64,000 nt of DNA from Octopus vulgaris (Eukaryota), in assembly GCA_951406725.2 (NCBI GenBank), contig OX597826.1, positions 34,534,001 through 34,598,000 of the forward strand. The letters run 5' to 3'. This document shows, piece by piece, positions 57,311 to 64,000 of the stretch. The notes beneath the pieces are model-generated. The model saw only the letters and a list, made by a program, of their open reading frames with translations. It searched no databases and was not told the origin of the DNA. Position numbers and translations under genes: made by a program. Position 1 is the stretch's first letter. The number at the start of each line of letters is the position of its first letter.

Positions 57311-57355
57311 TTGTAGCGATTAAAAAGCTGCCTAAACGTACTTACTCTTCTTTTT

Positions 57356-57398
<43 letters not shown>

Positions 57399-57699
57399 GA
57401 ATGCACAAGGTATTTCTTTCCGTAGATATAGTGTTCTAAGTAATTATATTGAGAGGCATACTAATGAGGCAACATTGTGTATAAATGATGAACCTTGTAG
57501 AAGGCTACATGTATTTTTTATTTACAAGTTACATTTTATTGTTAATCTCAGTTGTTGCAGATACATTGAGCATCAAAACTAAGTACACCATAGTTTAACT
57601 TGCACACACCTCAGTATAAATGCGGATCCCTCATACATCGGGTGTGCGAGGTTTATCAGTCGTATTTATATGATTTGCTAAATTTTGAAGATTACAACC

Positions 57700-58320
57700 A
57701 ATGATACTAGCTGCATCCATTATATCATTTGCATGAGTTGTGTCCTCAGCACATTGTTCTATAACAATGAGACCGGATTAATGTAATCCAGACAGGAGTA
57801 GAATTTCAACGCCTTCCATCTGCAAAACCTGTGAATGATTCCGAGCTTCAAAAGGTGAGATCGTATCACCAATTAAGAAATTCTGACCCACGCGCATATA
57901 TCTGAAATTTTCATAACACTGCAGCAACGATGCCCCTGTCCGCAGGACCACGTACACCACATATCATAATGGAAGATCCCAAAAGTTGTTTCAGATAGAG
58001 AATTGGCTTACGGCAAAAGAGCAAACGCAAGGTCCTAACTTACTTTCAAAGATATTTGCGAGAGCGACGTGAATTGTTTTTATATGAGAGTTGAAAAGTG
58101 CATTTGGGACGCGTTTCTGATGATTTCCATCTTGGTAGACAGGAAATAGAAAATGTTTTTCAAACGACAAGACGGGATGCTGTTGATTACTCATGAAGAA
58201 AAGCATATTCTAACAAAACGCCTACAACACAGCAGCTGGGTGTACCACTTACATATGGATCTCGGCAGTTACAGCAAAAGCTATTTTGCTGATAAGACGA
58301 AACTGACACTACGAATGCCT
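57700..58320 (+). pseudogene. Decayed coding-like sequence, possibly Helitron Rep region
   Basis: Fragments STLFYNNETGL and HNTAATM...DPKSCFR loosely echo Helitron N-terminal motifs. Many stops. Confidence 0.3.
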
Positions 58321-60311
58321 CTTCTTTTCCTATATCATATATATGTGCGCGTGTGTGTGTGTGTGTATAATATATATATATGTATGCATGTGTGTGTGTA
58401 TCATTTATTTTCCTTAATTTCATGGCCTTTGTATTGTCGGATTTATTGATTATTTATCATGTCTTCTTAACACAGTACATTTTTAAATGATTTTTATCTT
58501 GAAATATTTATCATTGTTTCAATCAGTTATTATTTAACTCTACGCATTTTAATTCAGATCCAAGTTTAAGAACTATTGATTGATTAGCTATTAATACATT
58601 TTGTACCTAGATATTTACGTCTCTAGTCTTATACACACTTTAATTACCTTATAAAATCACACCCCGAAAATACACTGAAGAATGAATATTTACTAGCTTT
58701 TCGTTTTGTCAAATTCTCTTTCGGTTCATGTGAGTCAGGGAACCAATCACGGAACAGCTACAGGACAATTGCACTTTCGACTTAATTTGGTACAGATTTC
58801 AATTAATTTACTAAGTTACAATTAATTTCATTCTGATTTTAATCAACTTCACATACTCAATATTCATAAAGATTTATTAATCAGTAGACTTACTGTAGTA
58901 AGCCTCGTTACAACTACTCTTTTGAATTAATGAGGTATGGATTTCAATTAATTTGGTTTGAATTGCCATTAATACAGTACCTTTTAATTAATTTAATTCT
59001 GATTCTTATAGAGATAGCAAACTCTTATAGAAATACTAATCCGTATACCTAACGTATTGTGGGATATAAACTTAGTTTTAATACTGATATTTAAGCGATT
59101 AGTTTCGAGTTGAAGTTCAGAATCAATAATGCTACTGTGTTTTTCGTTCTTGTTTTTGCACTACTGTTTACTGATTCACAGTTAATAAGTGGTCGAACGT
59201 TTTTTTATTTAAATAATATATTATACACATACCATCCCTAATGATGGTAAAATCATTTATCTTAATCGAATGTACTGAAAATTACTATGGAATAAAGGGA
59301 AACCATACGCGATGTATTCGTAGCCATTGCAAATATACTGGAATATCACTTAATTTGACGTCTTTTTACAGACTGATTTTACTGGATCTGGCGCTGCATT
59401 GAATCCTCGGAGGTATATGAACGCTCGTCCCTTAACAACAGTTACAATGTATTCATTATATATGTTTGTGTGTAAGTGTGTATTTATGTATATGCATTTT
59501 ATGTGCAATTATTCATTAATTGCCATTTCTCCCAGTCCATTCTGATCTGCAAAGTTACTATCTATTTCTCCTCACTTCCGATCTTTGAAGTGAAAACAAC
59601 TCGAAAGAAAAATTAAGTTAGCTTATCATTTAACCGGCGAAATTTCTCTTCTTAGAAAGTTAACTCAATTTGACAACATCGAAATATAAAGGATTTCATT
59701 AATAACAAAATTGCCACTCGGATTCACCTTTTCCCACCTCAGAATGAAGTTTGCTTTATTGCTAAGGTATATTTAAAACTTTGCAACTTGACTTGCAAAC
59801 AAGATATTCCCATTGCATATCATCCAATCTCTTATAGATTAAATATAATTCTTCATTCAATTTTCTGCTTGTTTATTCTTCATCCTTATCGTTGTAATAC
59901 CTATCATCATTGTAATACCTATTAGTTCGCATGTTAATGGTCGTCAGGTGGTATAGTGTAATGTCGATTAGGTTCACAGACCGATAAACAAAAGGCAGCA
60001 TAGAAACGGTTATGGTGTTATATTAATTGTAAAAAACTGCTACTTTGGGGTGTAGAATGTCGAAGGAGAATGAGTCAATCAGCCAGAATAGCATTTAAAT
60101 TCACGGATAGAAATTAACATTTATGGGATTCGATAATAATCATATGAAGTCTTTTGCAAGAAACTCTACTGGCAAATACAGTTTTTTTTTCATTACCCGT
60201 CCTTGTCCTTCTCCTCCTCCGTTTGTTATCCAGTTGCTTTTTTCCTCCCTTTCCCGCTGTCTATTAAACTTTTCGTATCCACACATTTATATGTGCAAAC
60301 ACACGCACACT

Positions 60312-60434
60312 CAGAAGGCTTTGGTCGGCCCGAGGCTATAGTAGAAGACACTGGCCCATGTTGCCATACAGTGGGAGTGAACTCGAGTACATGCGGTTGG
60401 TAAGCAAGCTACTTACAACACAGCCATTCCTGCG

Positions 60435-60435
<1 letters not shown>
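60312..60435 (-). mobile_element. SINE family B, 5' half
   Basis: aaggctttggtcggcccgaggctatagtagaagacac...acacagccattcctgcgc. Confidence 0.85.
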
Positions 60436-60494
<59 letters not shown>

Positions 60495-60885
60495 GCATGT
60501 ATGTATGTAATTATATTTGTATATATATATGCGCGAGTCGTCTAAGTCTAAGAGACAAGAATCCGGGAAAAGATGCACTCGTATGTATGTATGTATGTAT
60601 GTATGTATGTACGTATGCATGTATTACGTACGTATGTATATATGTATGTATGTATGTACGTATGCATGACTATATGTATGCATACACTCACACATGCACA
60701 CAGATTATGTGATGTAGCTGTCATTTCCAGCCAACTGCCCGCCAACACATACTTCCATCTGCCTCCTGCTATTTCTGTCACACAACATGAAATAGATGAT
60801 TCGATTAAAATAGGCAATTGCGGAAGATTTCTGTTTCATGACTGCCAGTGTCGCTGGTAACAGTGCTGGTAAAAGAAGTAGTGAC

Positions 60886-60925
<40 letters not shown>

Positions 60926-60926
60926 A

Positions 60927-60991
<65 letters not shown>

Positions 60992-61026
60992 ATAGTAGTA
61001 GTAGTAATAGTAGTAGTAGCAGCAGC

Positions 61027-61066
<40 letters not shown>

Positions 61067-61208
61067 ATAGTAGTAGTAGCAGCATCAGTAGTAGTTGTAG
61101 TAAACTAGAAGTAGTAGTAGCAGCAGCAGCATTGCCTGTAGTGTTATTGAGTGAAATAGTGGTGGTAGTAGTAAATGTTAGCGATGGTGGTGGTAGTAAT
61201 AATGCTCT

Positions 61209-61242
<34 letters not shown>
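60886..61242. repeat. (AGT)n microsatellite complex
   Basis: Directly visible. Source of the poly-S/V/L ORFs. Confidence 0.97.
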
Positions 61243-61243
<1 letters not shown>

Positions 61244-62190
61244 ACGCAGACGTTATTGGTCGTGGTGATGTTAGTTGTGGTAATGGCGCTAATGTTGCTA
61301 ATGTTGGCAATGTCCTTGGGTAATAAATTTTCAACTTGTAGAAGCTGCCGTTTGAGTAGTACGGGTGGTACGGATGGTTCGATGGTATTGGTGGAAGTGG
61401 TTGCGATCATATGCGTTATGTTTGTAGTAGTTGTATTGTGAATGGTCAGTTGGCAGCGCTGTTGTCCGTTAATAGTGTTGTTGTTGCTTTTGATGGCGTC
61501 GGTATAATCTGAGACGTCGTGTAATATTATCGATAATGGCAGTTGTTGTCACTGTGGTACTATTGTTGGTTTTTGCAATCCTAATGGTCGTTGGGATGTA
61601 GTTGCGATCACGGTAGTGGTGTTTTCTAAGATAGTGATGGCGTTCGTGGTGGGTGGTGTTTGTGTTTGTTGTAGTGTTCGAAGTCATGGAAGTCGACGTT
61701 GACAGCAGTGTTAGACGTTGATGTGTTAGATTAAGGAACGGATAACAATGCTGGTTATGGGCATGCGTGGATATGTGTGTATCAGTCTATGTATTTGTAT
61801 GTCTGTGTATGCGTAGGAGTCCTCCTGTCAATGTAGTTGCGAGTATTTTCGATGAGAGATAATTGACGTATATCCAAATACTGGGGTTGAGGTAATTAAC
61901 ATCTCCTTCGGTCAAAAACTGCAGGGCCAAAATTGGAAACCAATATAAGTCATTTCACTATCGGTGCAAGCATGACTGCGTGTAAAAATTTCGTTTTGAA
62001 ACAAAGTAATTTTGGTTTAGTTCCAACCGAATGTGCAGTAACTTGAGCAAATGTCTTCTATTATAGCCCTTGGCTGACAAATGCCTTGTGGGTAAATTTG
62101 TAAGTTGTAACCTCAGCTAACAAAGAGTTGAAGCTTGTAAAAATATTTTCTCAACCCAGCTTTACTTGTGGCTGAACAGCAGCAACAGTG

Positions 62191-62552
62191 GAGGCGCAAT
62201 GGACCAATGGTTAGGGCAGTGGACTCGCGGTCGGAGGATCGCAGTTTCGATTCCCAGACCGGGCGTTGTGTGTTTATTGAGCGAAAACACCTAAAGCTCC
62301 ACGAGGCTCCGGCAAGGAGGGGTGGCGACCCCTGATGTACTCTTTCGCTCCAACTTTCTCTCACTCTTTCTTCCTGTTTCTTGTCCCCGACTTCCTACGC
62401 AACCGCTGAGCCTGGATGCGCAATCATCCATCCGTCGATGCTCTCGGTGTCAGGGGCTGACCTGTTTTCTCTTCTGCGGGTATTACGAATAGCAAACGAC
62501 CACGTTTCGGATTTCTCCCATCTTGCGAGCTCTGGGACGAAGACCGTTCGCT
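62191..62552 (+). mobile_element. SINE family D, tail variant 2
   Basis: Same head and body as 39381 up to ctttctctcactctttcttc, then a different tail ending ctgggacgaagaccgttcgct. Confidence 0.85.
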
Positions 62553-64000
62553 CAACAGCAATAACAGCAACAAGAACGACTGTTGCAGTAGCAGTAGTAA
62601 CAGTAGTACTAGGAGTGGGACAGATATGAATATTAAGAAAGTAAACACATTGTTGAATTTAGTTCCCTTGAAAAAAGTTTCGTGTATCCATTAACAATGA
62701 AAGGGTTATCTCGCTTGGCACTTTTAACCACAGTTAACCACAGCTGTAATGTAAACTATTCCAATAGTTGTGAGTGTTTCTTACGCAAAATGTATTAAGA
62801 CAAACTTAACAAAGTGACGATAAGTTTATAAAATCATTGAAATAAAATTGAGCAGGATGTGTGCGAAAGATAAATGCGAGCAGTGGGGTGGTGGCTGAAG
62901 AAACCTAACTTCTATTATTAAAAGGGTGATATCACTCAGAATTGGACAATAAACAAGGAGGAGGAATGAATTGGAGAGATTTTGGAAAAATTGGCGATAA
63001 TCAACACGAAGCCGAAATTTATAGAGGAATACACGTGGGAAATTAATGGCTTATAGGATTGATTCAATAATGTTTTCTATTTAAACAATAGCACAAATGC
63101 TAGTTGTTCAGAGTATTCACTCGGTAGGCTATTGGTCAAGTTCTTCGAAATGGTCAGAAATTGGAACTAGAAATAACTCGATTTGCTCATGTTTATTGAA
63201 GATTGGTAAAACATTTGCTCAACTTCGCTGCAATAAAGTAGAAAATGGCTAATACAATATGATAATGTTTACCAGATTTTTTTCTCCATAGCCTTGGCAA
63301 TTCATTGCATTATTTTAACTTATTTTGCTTAACGTTGTAAAGCAATAACAAAGTAGTTTAAAATTATATACAAAGTAAAGAAAAAGCACATTGAGACTTT
63401 AAGAAAAACATGTTATTAACTCGAATATAAGTGAAGAAATCACAAACACATTTATTCATGTTTTTTGTGAATAGGCCAACACGTGCCAATATTGAATATG
63501 ATTTAGTAAATATAAGAAAATATGATTTTGTAAATATGAAAAAATAGACTCTATTATATAAGAGAAAGAAATTGAGAATGAGCAGTAGCAGGGGAAAAGG
63601 GACGTTGGAGGGTGGGTGACAGTGGAGACTGAAAAAAAGAAAATGCGGGAAGGTGTGAGAAAGAAGAAAAAGTATGCAAGTGACAGTGAATTAATATAAA
63701 ATAATATAGACTTTTAATATTATTGGCAGAATTTTGCATCTTTTCAGTTTGTAGTCGATCGAATCAACCCAAATCTATGATGTTATAGGACTGGCCAGAT
63801 GTGAAGTTCGATTTGCTTTTGTTTAATACTCTATCGCCCTTACTGCTGGTTTCTTTCCTTCCAACTACAACATTATAAGAACAATTGAGTTTTTTTGTTT
63901 TTTTTTTGAAGATGATGAAGAATTTTAAACTTGCTTATCCAGCATTTGTCCCAATTATGTGCGCTCTGAGTTCAAATCCCGCTGAATACCTATTTCTTTA

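Noticed and set aside
60705-61441. Long poly-S/L/V ORFs
   Set aside because: Translation of an (AGT)n microsatellite. The same applies to [12 protein letters not shown] and poly-N ORFs throughout the window.

Overview
AT-rich, microsatellite-saturated eukaryotic DNA with no intact protein-coding gene that I can support. The SINE families and repeat landscape resemble a coleoid cephalopod, probably Octopus (recognised from memory, not by a search). Nearly all ORFs in the supplied track are microsatellite artefacts. The window holds several tRNA-derived SINE families, non-autonomous Helitrons, Merlin-like, hAT and mariner MITEs, and decayed mariner, Tc1, R4/Dong-like and Tx1-like fragments. The main observation is at ~11105-12473: a young array of a 360-bp unit (about 2.1 copies, then about 1.7 inverted copies) inserted in a (TA)n tract. 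Each unit carries a type I hammerhead ribozyme fold with a variant core (CCGACGA...GAAAC-CAUG-GUC) inside a long rod-like stem. This looks like a non-LTR retrozyme (small circular self-cleaving RNA) integrated as concatemers, with geometry matching twin priming. Decayed Penelope-type hammerheads and two other structured GC-rich inserts occur elsewhere. Ribozyme activity, expression and novelty are inferred and untested.
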